Shown here piece by piece: positions 8,265 to 17,057 of a stretch of 19,892 nucleotides of DNA; the stretch's first letter is position 1, and every line of letters begins with the position of its first letter. This stretch comes from an uncultured Actinomycetes bacterium. GTDB taxonomy: Bacteria > Actinomycetota > Thermoleophilia > UBA2241. The stretch covers positions 1 through 19,892 of the forward strand of contig CAVRZA010000009.1 of the NCBI GenBank assembly GCA_963725665.1, written 5' to 3'. Position numbers and translations under genes: made by a program. Below the pieces are notes generated by a model that ran no database searches, was not told the DNA's origin, and worked only from the letters and a program-made list of their open reading frames with translations.

Positions 8265-9875
8265 ATGGCTGCAGAACCCCTCACAGTGGGTCCGGAAGTG
8301 GAATCGCCGCCCGCACCGCGCGTGCCGCGCCACCTCGGCTTGGCGCTCGTCGTGATCGCGGCGGCCCAGCTCATGATCGTCCTCGACGCCACCATCGTGA
8401 ACGTCGCTCTGCCGCACATGCAGCGCGCGCTCGGCTTCAGCGGCGCCGGCCTCGAATGGATCGTCACCGCCTACTCACTGGCCTTCGGCAGCCTGCTGCT
8501 GCTCGGCGGCCGGCTCGGAGACATGTACGGCCGCCGCAGGATCTTCATCACCGGCGTGCTCGTCTTCTCGCTCGCCTCGTTCGTCGGCGGGTTCGCGACC
8601 GGCCAGTGGTGGTTGCTCGCGTCGCGCGCCGTGCAGGGTGCCGGCGCCGCTCTCGCCGCGCCGACCGCCCTCGCTCTGATCGCTACCACCTTCCCCATGG
8701 GACCACCCCGCAACAAGGCGCTCGGCGTCTATGCCGCCATGAGCGGCGCCGGCGGCGCCATCGGGCTGCTCCTCGGGGGGATCCTCACCAGCTACGTGTC
8801 GTGGCGCTGGGTGTTCTTCGTGAACGTCCCCATCGGCCTGACCGTCGTCGCGCTGGCGCCGATCGCCCTGGTTCCGTCGCTGCGGCTCCGCAGCCGCCTC
8901 GACTTCCCCGGGGTCCTGACGAGCACGGCGGGGCTGGCTCTGCTGGTGTACGGCCTGACCCACGCCGCCGCCGGCAGTGACGGCGTCTCGCACTGGGGCA
9001 GCCCGGTCACCATCGCCTCGCTAGTGGCCGCCGCCGTGCTGCTCGTGAGCTTCTTCGTCATCGAGCGGCGCAGCACGCACGCCGAGCTGCCGCTGCACCT
9101 GCTCCGCTCGCGCCGCCGCTCGGGCGCCTACGTCATGATGCTGCTGATCGCCACGGCCCTGTTCGCCGTGTTCTTCTTCCTGACCATCTACATCCAGACG
9201 GTGTGGGGCTACAGCCCCGTCAAGGCCGGCATAGCGTGGCTGCCGTTCCCCATCATGATCATCATCGTCAGCACGCTCGTCGCCCGTGTGCTCGTGACGC
9301 GCGTCGGCGTGCGCCCGATGCTCATGGTCGGCCCCCTGCTCGCCGGGGCCGGATACATCTGGCTGTCGCAGCTCAGCGTCGACGGCAGCTATCTCACCAG
9401 CCTGCTGCTGCCCATGCTGATGGTCAGCGGCGGCCTCGGGCTCATGTTCGTGCCGCTGACGCTCATGGTCGTTTCGCACGTCGCTCCCCAGGAGACCGGC
9501 GTCGCCTCCGGCATGCTGAACACCGGCCAGCAGATAGGAGGAGCCATCGGCCTGGCGGCCATCGGCACCATAGCCTGGACCTCGGTCGCGCACAGCGTCA
9601 CCCACCAGATGGCGGCGGCCGCGGCAGCGGGCGGGACGGCCGCGAGCAGCAGCGCGTCAAGTGCGTCGAGCGCCGTTCCCGGCGTGCCGACGGCCATTCT
9701 CGATCACGCGCTGACTGTGGGGTTCTCGACCGGCCTGCTCGTGGCCGCCGGAGTCGTCCTGTCCGGCTTCGTCGTCGCGCTGATCACCACCCGGACGCCG
9801 GGTCGCTTCGCTCTCTCCTCGGCCGTGTATGAGGACCGCGAAGAGCCCTGCGACAAGGTGCTGGGAACCTGCTAG
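8265..9875 (+). CDS. DHA2 (EmrB/QacA-type) MFS efflux transporter
   Basis: LDATIVNVALP, WIVTAYSL.FG.LLLLGGRLGDMYGRRR, RAVQGAGAAL, WRWVFFVNVPIG, GVASGMLNTGQQIGGAIG; many hydrophobic segments. Confidence 0.93.
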   Translation: MAAEPLTVGPEVESPPAPRVPRHLGLALVVIAAAQLMIVLDATIVNVALPHMQRALGFSGAGLEWIVTAYSLAFGSLLLLGGRLGDMYGRRRIFITGVLVFSLASFVGGFATGQWWLLASRAVQGAGAALAAPTALALIATTFPMGPPRNKALGVYAAMSGAGGAIGLLLGGILTSYVSWRWVFFVNVPIGLTVVALAPIALVPSLRLRSRLDFPGVLTSTAGLALLVYGLTHAAAGSDGVSHWGSPVTIASLVAAAVLLVSFFVIERRSTHAELPLHLLRSRRRSGAYVMMLLIATALFAVFFFLTIYIQTVWGYSPVKAGIAWLPFPIMIIIVSTLVARVLVTRVGVRPMLMVGPLLAGAGYIWLSQLSVDGSYLTSLLLPMLMVSGGLGLMFVPLTLMVVSHVAPQETGVASGMLNTGQQIGGAIGLAAIGTIAWTSVAHSVTHQMAAAAAAGGTAASSSASSASSAVPGVPTAILDHALTVGFSTGLLVAAGVVLSGFVVALITTRTPGRFALSSAVYEDREEPCDKVLGTC

Positions 9876-9960
9876 GCGCTAAGACGCGCACGAAGCTGCG
9901 GGTGAAGCCGAAGCAAGCGCGGAGCGACGGACGACCGCAGGCCCGCTGAATGGCACACGG

Positions 9961-9992
9961 GCGGGGTGAGGGCCGAACGGCCCTCACCCCGC
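9961..9992. terminator. Strong hairpin downstream of the MFS gene
   Basis: Perfect 14-bp stem GCGGGGTGAGGGCC/GGCCCTCACCCCGC with a GAAC loop; no U-tract. Confidence 0.55.
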
Positions 9993-10179
9993 TCATTCCG
10001 CACGCTCCGCGGGACTCCTCCCTTGCGTTCCGCGAATTCGACTAGGTGAGCGCCGCGCGCCGGAGCCCCATCCTCACTCTGCACGCGCGTCGTCCGCTCG
10101 TACGCACCGCCCGACCGTCAACTGTTACGGACCACTGGGAGCGTGGAAACGTCCGAGCGTCGATAAAGGAGTGCACCCC

Positions 10180-10593
10180 ATGGCAGACAGTATCTTCTCC
10201 AGAAGTGAGCCCGTGCCTGACCTGTTCTGCGCGGACTACGATCGCTGCTTGACCTTCTACCGCGACACCTTGGGCCTCGAGGTCGAGGAGTTGTCCGAGA
10301 TGCCCGGTAACGCCGTTCTCCACACCGGCCGGGGAGGCAAGCTCTTGCTCCATTCGAGTGACCACAGCGGAGACGACCACACGGCGATGAGCTTCCTGAC
10401 CGACGATTTCGGCGCGGCCATCGACTTGCTGCGCTCCAAGGGAGTCAAGCTAGAGGATTACGACAACCCCGGCATCAAGACGGTGGACGGGATCGCCAGC
10501 TTGGGCGAGTTCAAAGCCGCGTGGTTCAAGGATCCCGGGGGCAACATCTTGTGCGTCTCGCCCAGCTTGGAGGTCATGAAGAAGGCCGCCTAG
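10180..10593 (+). CDS. VOC/glyoxalase-bleomycin resistance family protein
   Basis: AAGGAG 8 nt before ATG 10180; FYRDTLGL...DYDNPG...AAWFKDPGGNIL. Confidence 0.9.
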   Translation: MADSIFSRSEPVPDLFCADYDRCLTFYRDTLGLEVEELSEMPGNAVLHTGRGGKLLLHSSDHSGDDHTAMSFLTDDFGAAIDLLRSKGVKLEDYDNPGIKTVDGIASLGEFKAAWFKDPGGNILCVSPSLEVMKKAA

Positions 10594-10612
10594 CACGGTG
10601 GGTAGTCAGTCG

Positions 10613-10713
10613 GGCGGGGGCGGCGGCCAAAGGCCGCCGCCCCCGCCGGACGCGTCTCGCCGCGCAGGCGGCGAGGGCTGGGGCGAGGCGGCACAGCCGC
10701 CTCGCCCCAGCCC
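10613..10713. terminator. Three tandem hairpins between convergent genes
   Basis: 16-bp stem 10613-10647 (AAA loop), 8-bp stem 10656-10675, 18-bp stem 10675-10713 (ACA loop). Confidence 0.7.
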
Positions 10714-10729
10714 CACTACGGCTCCCGGC

Positions 10730-12139
10730 TTATGCAGTCACGTCGCCGCGCCCGCCGGCCGCGGTCCCGCTCGGGCTGATGTTCTGGTTGAGGTGGAACA
10801 GGTTGTCGGGGTCGTACTTCTTCTTTATCTCGACCAGACGGCCGTAGTTGTCGCCATAGTTGGCGCGGATCTTGCCCTGGTCGTCGCCCGACTGGAAGTT
10901 GACGTACCCGCCCTCCAGCGAATGCGGCGCAAGGGCCGCGTAGTAGTCGCGCGCCCATTTGATGTTGGCCTCGCTGTCGGCCGGGTCGAGCCACACGCCG
11001 GCTATGTTGGTGAGGAACGTGGCGTCGCGGTGAGCAAACGCCGTCGCCTCTGGCGGCACGCGCCGGACGGCACCGTTGATGGGATAGATGTGCAAGGCCG
11101 AGTTCACGGTGGGGATCCTCGGTCCGTGCTCCAGGTGCGCGGCGATAGCGCCATCTGGGAGCTCCGTGGCCAACGTCGTCTTCCAGTAGTGCTGCAGCCC
11201 ACGTGGGAGCAGCGCGTCGAAGGCACTGTTGAGCGCCGGATAGGGCATCGGCCCCACGAACTCGGCAACCACGGGGGCGACGTCGCGGATGGGCCTCAAG
11301 GCGCGCTCGCCCTCTGCCACAGGTCCCGTCCAAGCGGCCACCATGATGATAAACGTGTCACCGTGGCGCCCTTCCGGGATGAACGGCAGCGGCGGCGCGA
11401 TCTGGAAGCCCGGAAACATGCCCAGCTCCTCCGGCGCCTCATCGACGAACTCGCGGAAGAAGCGCAGGAGGTCGCCGGCGTGTTCGAGCTCGAAGAACAT
11501 GGGGCCGCCGTAGATGTCCTTGACGGGATGCAGCTTGTACTCGAAGGAAGTGACGACGCCGAAGTTGCCGCCGCCCCCGCGCAGCGCCCAGAAGAGGTCC
11601 TCGTTCTCCCTCTCGCTGGCCACGAGCACACGCCCGTCGGCGGTCACGACGTCGGCCGAGATGAGGTTGTCGATCGTGAGGCCGACCCTGCGCGCCAGGT
11701 AGCCGATACCGCCGCCCAGCGTGAAGCCTCCGATGCCGGTCGTCGAGACGAAGCCGCCGGTCGTCGCGAGGCCGAACGGATAGGTCGCGTGGTTGACGTC
11801 GCCCCAGGTCGCGCCGCCTCCAGCGCGCGCCGTCTGCCCTGCGGGATCGACGCGCACGTTGCTCATGCCACCGAGGTCGATGACGACGCCGTCGTCGCAG
11901 GTGCCGAAGCCAGGTACGCTGTGGCCGGCGCCCCGCACGGCGAGAACGAGACCATTCCCTCGCGCGAAGTCGACTGCCGCCATGACGTCGCCGACGTCTA
12001 CCGCCCTCACGACGACCCGCGGCCGCCGGTCGATCATGGCGTTGTAGACCGTGCGCGCCTCCTCGTAGGCCTCGTCGTCGGGCGTGATGATCTCGCCGCG
12101 CACGCGCTCGCGCAGCTGGTCGATGGTGAGTCCGCTCAT
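10730..12139 (-). CDS. FAD-binding oxidoreductase, berberine-bridge-enzyme / 6-hydroxy-D-nicotine oxidase-like
   Basis: YNAMIDRRP, VRGAGHS (covalent-FAD His motif), TGIGGFTLGGGIG, DLFWALRGGGGNFGVVT, C-terminal YVNF...NYGRLVEIKKKYDPDNLF (BBE domain); GGAGGAG before ATG 12139. Confidence 0.93.
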   Translation of the reverse strand: MSGLTIDQLRERVRGEIITPDDEAYEEARTVYNAMIDRRPRVVVRAVDVGDVMAAVDFARGNGLVLAVRGAGHSVPGFGTCDDGVVIDLGGMSNVRVDPAGQTARAGGGATWGDVNHATYPFGLATTGGFVSTTGIGGFTLGGGIGYLARRVGLTIDNLISADVVTADGRVLVASERENEDLFWALRGGGGNFGVVTSFEYKLHPVKDIYGGPMFFELEHAGDLLRFFREFVDEAPEELGMFPGFQIAPPLPFIPEGRHGDTFIIMVAAWTGPVAEGERALRPIRDVAPVVAEFVGPMPYPALNSAFDALLPRGLQHYWKTTLATELPDGAIAAHLEHGPRIPTVNSALHIYPINGAVRRVPPEATAFAHRDATFLTNIAGVWLDPADSEANIKWARDYYAALAPHSLEGGYVNFQSGDDQGKIRANYGDNYGRLVEIKKKYDPDNLFHLNQNISPSGTAAGGRGDVTA

Positions 12140-12295
12140 CGCTCCTCCTACCCCCCGCATCGCGCCACGAACGGCGGACACGCGGGGCCTCCTAGGTTCC
12201 CAGTCCGATGCCGCAGGTATTCCCGCGAGAGCCGTACTCATCGCCGTTCGCTACGGACCTCGTACGAGGTGCAGTCTGCGGGTGAGGTGTGCGAG

Positions 12296-12658
12296 TCAGT
12301 GTTCCTCGAAGAGGCCGATCACGTTGCCGCCGGGATCGCGGAAGCGGGCCGTGATCTCGGGTGCGTCAGCGCCGATCGGCTGCACGATCTCGCCACCGTG
12401 TGCCACCACGGCCTCGCAGGCCTCAGCCACGCTGTCGACCATGACGTAGATAAGCAGGCCGGGCTGGTCCGACGGAGGCCTGCCCACGACCCACGTGCCA
12501 CTCACCTCGCCGACCCCGTCGTCGAAGGCCAAGTGCCCGTCGCTGCGCTGCCGGATGGTCCACCCCAAGACCTGGCGGTAGAACTCGGCCGAGCGCTGCA
12601 CGTCAGCGGCGGGAATCTCGATGCAGCACACCTTGCCGTGCGCCAGGGTGGGAGGCAT
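12296..12658 (-). CDS. VOC family protein
   Basis: MPPTLAHGKVCCIEIPA...FYRQVLGW...YVMVDSV...GGEIV...FRDPGGNVIGL; GAGGA before ATG 12658. Confidence 0.9.
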   Translation of the reverse strand: MPPTLAHGKVCCIEIPAADVQRSAEFYRQVLGWTIRQRSDGHLAFDDGVGEVSGTWVVGRPPSDQPGLLIYVMVDSVAEACEAVVAHGGEIVQPIGADAPEITARFRDPGGNVIGLFEEH

Positions 12659-12666
12659 GGGCGTCC

Positions 12667-13065
12667 TCACTCTCGGGCGGCCGGTCGAGCCGGAGCCTGG
12701 ACGAGGGCAAGGATGTTGCCGTCAGGGTCCTTGAACCAGGCGGCCTTCGCTCCACCGCCGCTGACGATGTCGCCTTCCGACGTCGAGCCGGGGAAGTCGT
12801 AGTGCTCGAACGTGACGCCGCGCTCCCTGAGCTCGGCGACCTCTGTCTCGATGTCGTCGACCGACCAGAACGCGCAACTCGCGCGCGAGCTACCGGCTCC
12901 CTCGCTGAGGTACATGAAGAAAGTCGAGTTGTTGGCGCACTCGTAGAGTATGCCGGCCTCGCTTACCTCGCGTGGCTGTTGCTGCAAGACACCTTCGTAG
13001 AACTGCCGTCCCCGCTCTACGTTCGATACCGGCACGTAGGCGGAGATCTGTGAGTCACGCAACAC
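12667..13065 (-). CDS. VOC family protein
   Basis: GAGGAGG before the GTG; VPVSNVERGRQFYEGVL...WSVDDIE...GVTFEHYD...AAWFKDPDGNIL. Confidence 0.92.
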   Translation of the reverse strand: MLRDSQISAYVPVSNVERGRQFYEGVLQQQPREVSEAGILYECANNSTFFMYLSEGAGSSRASCAFWSVDDIETEVAELRERGVTFEHYDFPGSTSEGDIVSGGGAKAAWFKDPDGNILALVQAPARPAARE

Positions 13066-13142
13066 GACGTCGCCTCCTCTCGGCGTGGACAGCTATCGCT
13101 CGCAAATGGCCCCAGACCGGCAGCCCGACTCTCCGCACTCAC

Positions 13143-13769
13143 CTACCTGCGCGCGTGACGTTCTGCCCGCGACTTCACGCCCAGGAGCATCCTGCGCATC
13201 ATCGGAAAGTCGCCGAACTCGAACAGGATCACCGTCATGGCCGCCATCCCAGGCGAGCTCCAATCGTTGTACTGCTTCAGCCGCGTGACGAGCCTCGTGC
13301 CGCCGCCGGCCAGGGGAGCCAGTCGCCAGGACCACGTGCTGTTCGGTTTCTCCCACAGAAGCCAGGAGTTGGGTTCGAAGGCCTTGATCTTGAAGGCCGT
13401 CGTCTCGTTGACCTTGCTTGCCATCGGCACCCAATCGCCTACGCGCGGATGTTGGAACTCCGGCAAGATGCGGTCGGCGCTCGGCCGGGCGGCGTTGTCG
13501 AAGATGTCGTAGCTGTAGAAGCCGGCGCGGCCGAATCCGACTTGCACGAGCCAGGGCCAGACTGCCTCCGGCGGCACCGCGATGGAGAGCGCTCGAGTCG
13601 CGCTGAACGAGGGGTTGGGGACGATCTCGTCACCGGGCATGCCGCCGGCGACCTCGTCGTCGATGGCTCCCCAGCGCAGATGCCGCCGACGCACCAGCGG
13701 CGCCGTGATAAAGAGCGGCGAGGCCAAGATCACGTCACGCAGGCCTCGCCCGACGCGCCTGTCGTCCAT
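13143..13769 (-). CDS. SRPBCC/polyketide cyclase-like protein
   Basis: RWGAIDDEV...MPGDEIV...ATRALSIAVPPEAVWPWLVQVG.GRAGFYSYD...SADRILPEFQ...WSWRLAP...TRLVTR...MMRRML; GGAG upstream of ATG 13769. Confidence 0.8.
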   Translation of the reverse strand: MDDRRVGRGLRDVILASPLFITAPLVRRRHLRWGAIDDEVAGGMPGDEIVPNPSFSATRALSIAVPPEAVWPWLVQVGFGRAGFYSYDIFDNAARPSADRILPEFQHPRVGDWVPMASKVNETTAFKIKAFEPNSWLLWEKPNSTWSWRLAPLAGGGTRLVTRLKQYNDWSSPGMAAMTVILFEFGDFPMMRRMLLGVKSRAERHARR

Positions 13770-13805
13770 CGCGTTCTCTCCGCCGGGCACGGCTTGGTGT
13801 GCTCG

Positions 13806-14210
13806 TCAGCCGCGGGGGCCGACCTGTTGCACGGCCCAGCCGTTACCGTCGGGATCGTTGAAGAAGACGAACGAGTTCCAGTCTCCGCCGGGCCCGTCGA
13901 CGCGGGCACCCTGGTCGAAGTGCTGCACCTGGCTGACTTCGACACCCCGCTCGACCAGCTCAGCCCGCGCCGCCTCGATGTCGGTGACGACGAGCTGCAT
14001 GCCCTTGACCGCCCCGGGCGGCATCTGGGCGAGCCCGCTGCCGATGGCGATCGAGCAGGCGGAGCCGGGCGGTGTGAGCTGCACGACGCGGAACGTCTCG
14101 CCCATACGCACGTCGTTGTCGACGACGAAGCCGACCTGCTCGCTGTAGAACTGCTTGGCCCGGTCCACATCCGAGACGGGGATGACCACCACTTCGAGCT
14201 TCCAGTCCAT
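13806..14210 (-). CDS. VOC/glyoxalase family protein
   Basis: MDWKLEVVVIPVSDVDRAKQFY...RVVQLTPPGSACSI...LVVTDIEAARAEL...FNDPDGNGW. Confidence 0.93.
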   Translation of the reverse strand: MDWKLEVVVIPVSDVDRAKQFYSEQVGFVVDNDVRMGETFRVVQLTPPGSACSIAIGSGLAQMPPGAVKGMQLVVTDIEAARAELVERGVEVSQVQHFDQGARVDGPGGDWNSFVFFNDPDGNGWAVQQVGPRG

Positions 14211-14226
14211 GCTGAACCGTCCTTTC

Positions 14227-15060
14227 TCAGGCGGCCGCCGCGAGGTCGACGACGAAGTCGTCGAAGCTCCGCGGCGGCCGCCCCGTGACCGACTCCACGT
14301 CGCCGGTGACCACGTCGTAGAGGCCGCCGGCGACCTCGCGGTTGAACTCGAGTGTGGGCTCGACTCGCCACGCCGGCAGGCGCTGCGCCATGCTCTGGCG
14401 TGCCGCCTCCTCCGGCACCGGCACGTAGCGAACGGGCGAGCCGGCGCGCGACAGACGCTCGGCCACCTCGGACCAGGTCAGCCTCTCGGGGCCGGTGAGC
14501 CCGTAGGTCTTCCACTCGTGCGCGTCGGTCGTCAGAGCCGCGACGGCCACCGCGGCGACGTCGCGGGCGTCGACGAACGCCACCCGCGCGTCGCCGACCG
14601 AGGAGTAGATCGCGCCGTCGGGGCCGACGAGCTCGGCGGCGAGCTGCATGAGCATCGCGGGACGCAGAAAGGTGAAAGGGATGCCGGATGAGACGATGAG
14701 TTGCTCCGCCTCGGCGTGCCAGCGCACAAGCGCCGACGGCGATTGCAGCGAAGCACCCATGACCGACTGCTTGACGATGTGGCGCACGCCGGTCCACAGC
14801 GACGCTGCGAGGACGTTACCCTCCTGTTCCACCTGGTTCGGGGCCCCCGGTGAGAGCAGGAACACGCGCTCGACGCCGGCCAGCGCCGGGTCGAGCGAGT
14901 CGGGCTGATCGAGATCGCCCGCGACGACGTCGACGTCACCGAGCACCTCGCGGGCCCGAGCGGGATCACGCGACAGTACACGGAACGCGGTACCACGTCG
15001 CCGCAGCTGGGCGACGACCTGACGCCCGACGCGGCCGGTCCCTCCGGTTACGAGGATCAT
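14227..15060 (-). CDS. NmrA-like / atypical SDR NAD(P)H-binding protein
   Basis: MILVTGGTGRVG Rossmann motif, GDLDQPDSL, SGIPFTFLRP, FVDARDVAAVA, LTGPE. Confidence 0.92.
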   Translation of the reverse strand: MILVTGGTGRVGRQVVAQLRRRGTAFRVLSRDPARAREVLGDVDVVAGDLDQPDSLDPALAGVERVFLLSPGAPNQVEQEGNVLAASLWTGVRHIVKQSVMGASLQSPSALVRWHAEAEQLIVSSGIPFTFLRPAMLMQLAAELVGPDGAIYSSVGDARVAFVDARDVAAVAVAALTTDAHEWKTYGLTGPERLTWSEVAERLSRAGSPVRYVPVPEEAARQSMAQRLPAWRVEPTLEFNREVAGGLYDVVTGDVESVTGRPPRSFDDFVVDLAAAA

Positions 15061-15134
15061 GACAAGGCCTCCATGCTGAGTATCGATGAGGAGTGTCCCC
15101 GCTCCTGCGGCGACGACAACCAGCGTATCGACGT

Positions 15135-15491
15135 CTACGGCCGCTGAAAGCCCTCGCGCGTGCGTTGTCCGAACCCGAGGCCTCTATCCCAAGCGATGTG
15201 GGCGCCCCAGGCGAGGCCGCCGGCGAAGACTACTGGGGGTAGCCAGATGCCGGCGATCACCAGGGCGATCGGCATGACGAAGCTGTGCAGAGTGTTGTAC
15301 AAGGGGACGGCACGTGGATGCAGCTGGCCGCGCTCGAGCCCGGACCCGGCGCCGAAGATCAGCGCCAGGTCGGGCAGGAAGACGAACGCAATTGCGGCCC
15401 ACGTCGTGCCTCCGTGCTTCACCATCTCGAACACGGCAAGCACCGTCAGAAGCGCGCCCAGCGCCAGGTAGGCAACGCGCTTGGCCGGCAT
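15135..15491 (-). CDS. DUF4260 family membrane protein
   Basis: LPDLAL...LYNTLHS...LAWGAHIAWDRGLGFG signature. Start is ATG 15491, or GTG 15497 overlapping the upstream stop. Confidence 0.85.
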   Translation of the reverse strand: MPAKRVAYLALGALLTVLAVFEMVKHGGTTWAAIAFVFLPDLALIFGAGSGLERGQLHPRAVPLYNTLHSFVMPIALVIAGIWLPPVVFAGGLAWGAHIAWDRGLGFGQRTREGFQRP

Positions 15492-15493
15492 AG

Positions 15494-15952
15494 TCACTCG
15501 CTCCCCTGGGTCGCGTGCGAAGCCGGCGGCCAATCGATCAGCGGCTTGCCGATCTCCCACTGATGCCCGAAGGGATCTTCGACCCGGCCCAGCAGCCAGG
15601 CGTGTGCTTCCACGACCGCGTAGATCTCAGTCGCACCCAAGCTCACCGCCCGCGCGACCGTGGCGCGTGGATCCTCGACGATCAAGAGCAGGCGTACCGT
15701 GCTGCCGCCCAGCGATTCGGGGCTGAAGTGCTTGTTGGGCGGTGACTCGTCGGAGACCCAGAAGGAGGCAGTGCCCACGGCGAGCTGGGCGACCACCGAC
15801 TCGTGTTCCTCGGTACCGCCCACGCGGTAGATCTCGACGGCGCCGAAGGCCGCCTTGTAGTACTCGATCGCCTCGCGGCCGCGGCGAACGGAGAGTTGAG
15901 GCGAGACGCTGATCTGCGCTGCCTGAGTGATCGAGTCCGGCGCACTGTCCAT
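15494..15952 (-). CDS. VOC family protein (PhnB-like)
   Basis: PQLSVRRGREAIEYYKAAFGA...FWVSDE...SPESLGGSTV...GRVEDPFGHQW; GGAGG upstream. Confidence 0.92.
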   Translation of the reverse strand: MDSAPDSITQAAQISVSPQLSVRRGREAIEYYKAAFGAVEIYRVGGTEEHESVVAQLAVGTASFWVSDESPPNKHFSPESLGGSTVRLLLIVEDPRATVARAVSLGATEIYAVVEAHAWLLGRVEDPFGHQWEIGKPLIDWPPASHATQGSE

Positions 15953-16099
15953 CTGAGGTCCTCCGGGATTGCGTATTCTTCCTAGTCACCGAAGACCGCC
16001 TTTGAGGAAACACGCGAGCGTCGAGTGAGGCTGACCGCGCCTGGGTAGCCTCTACGTCGCCGGCACCAGTACAGCCGAGTCGGGACCAAGGCAGGCGCT

Positions 16100-16966
16100 G
16101 TGGCACGAGGCCGCGACGAAGAGCTCATCCGCACGATCTCTGACACCGCCTTCTGGACGGCGGCCCTGCGCGCCGGCGAGTCCGAGCGGCGGGACGCCAT
16201 CTTCCACGATCCGTACGCGCGCCGTCTGGCCGGACGGCGGGGGTTCGAGATCGTGCGGGCGATCAGGAACCCGGCCGTCCGTTACGGCGTGATCCTGCGC
16301 ACGGCGGCCATCGACCAGGTCGTGACGGCAGGCGTACGACAGCGCGGCCGTGACACCGTCCTCAACCTTGCCGCCGGGCTCGACACCCGGGCCTGGCGCC
16401 TGGAGCTACCGTCGGCCCTACGGTGGATCGACGTCGATCTGCCGGTCGTGCTCGACTACAAAGACGGGATCCTGGCCGGCGAGCGGCCGCGTTGTCGGCA
16501 CGAGGAGGTACAGCTCGATTTGGCCGACCGTGAGGCGCGCCGGGCAGTGTTCGATCGCGTCGGCCAAGAGTCCCAGCGAATCCTCGTGCTTACCGAGGGC
16601 CTGCTCAGTTACCTTGCTCCCGAGGTGGTCGCGGACCTCGCCGGCGACCTGCACACCGTACCGACCTTCGCCGAGTGGATCACGGAGTTGACCGGCGCTC
16701 AAGTCATGGGGCGTGTCAGGGGCGCCGGCGACAAGTACCGACCCGAGGACGCCAAGACGCGCTTCGCGCCCGAGGAGAACACGCAGTTCTTCGCTCCCTA
16801 CGGCTGGACCGAGGCCGAGTACCTCGACCTTTTCCTGGAGGCACCGCGACTGGGTCGCGACAACCTGTCGGGCAAGGCGCTGCGCGGGGCGATGCGCCTC
16901 ATGCCCCGGCGAGTGCGGCAAGGGTTGGAGCGCGGGCTAGGGGTCGTGCGGCTCGCGCGGGCGTAA
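16100..16966 (+). CDS. SAM-dependent methyltransferase (LCM / O-methyltransferase-like)
   Basis: ISDTAFWTAALRA.ESER.DAIFHDPYA, VLNLAAGLDTRAWRL, WIDVDLP, LTEGLLSYL. Confidence 0.9.
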   Translation: MARGRDEELIRTISDTAFWTAALRAGESERRDAIFHDPYARRLAGRRGFEIVRAIRNPAVRYGVILRTAAIDQVVTAGVRQRGRDTVLNLAAGLDTRAWRLELPSALRWIDVDLPVVLDYKDGILAGERPRCRHEEVQLDLADREARRAVFDRVGQESQRILVLTEGLLSYLAPEVVADLAGDLHTVPTFAEWITELTGAQVMGRVRGAGDKYRPEDAKTRFAPEENTQFFAPYGWTEAEYLDLFLEAPRLGRDNLSGKALRGAMRLMPRRVRQGLERGLGVVRLARA

Positions 16967-17057
16967 GAACCCTTCCGCTACCAGAGGCATACAAGCGTCG
17001 GGCAGCGGGAACAGGTCGTCACTAAAGCGAATCCTTTCCGACCCACCGGAGGACGAC

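Noticed and set aside
9872-10084. Short - strand ORF with GGGAGGAG nearby
   Set aside because: RBS spacing is poor, the ORF runs through a strong hairpin, and there are no protein features.
10598-12802. 734-aa + strand ORF
   Set aside because: Antisense shadow of the BBE oxidase and VOC genes; no motifs; typical high-GC artefact.
12972-14797. 438-aa (+) and 355-aa (-) ORFs
   Set aside because: Alternative frames overlapping well-supported SRPBCC, VOC and NmrA genes.
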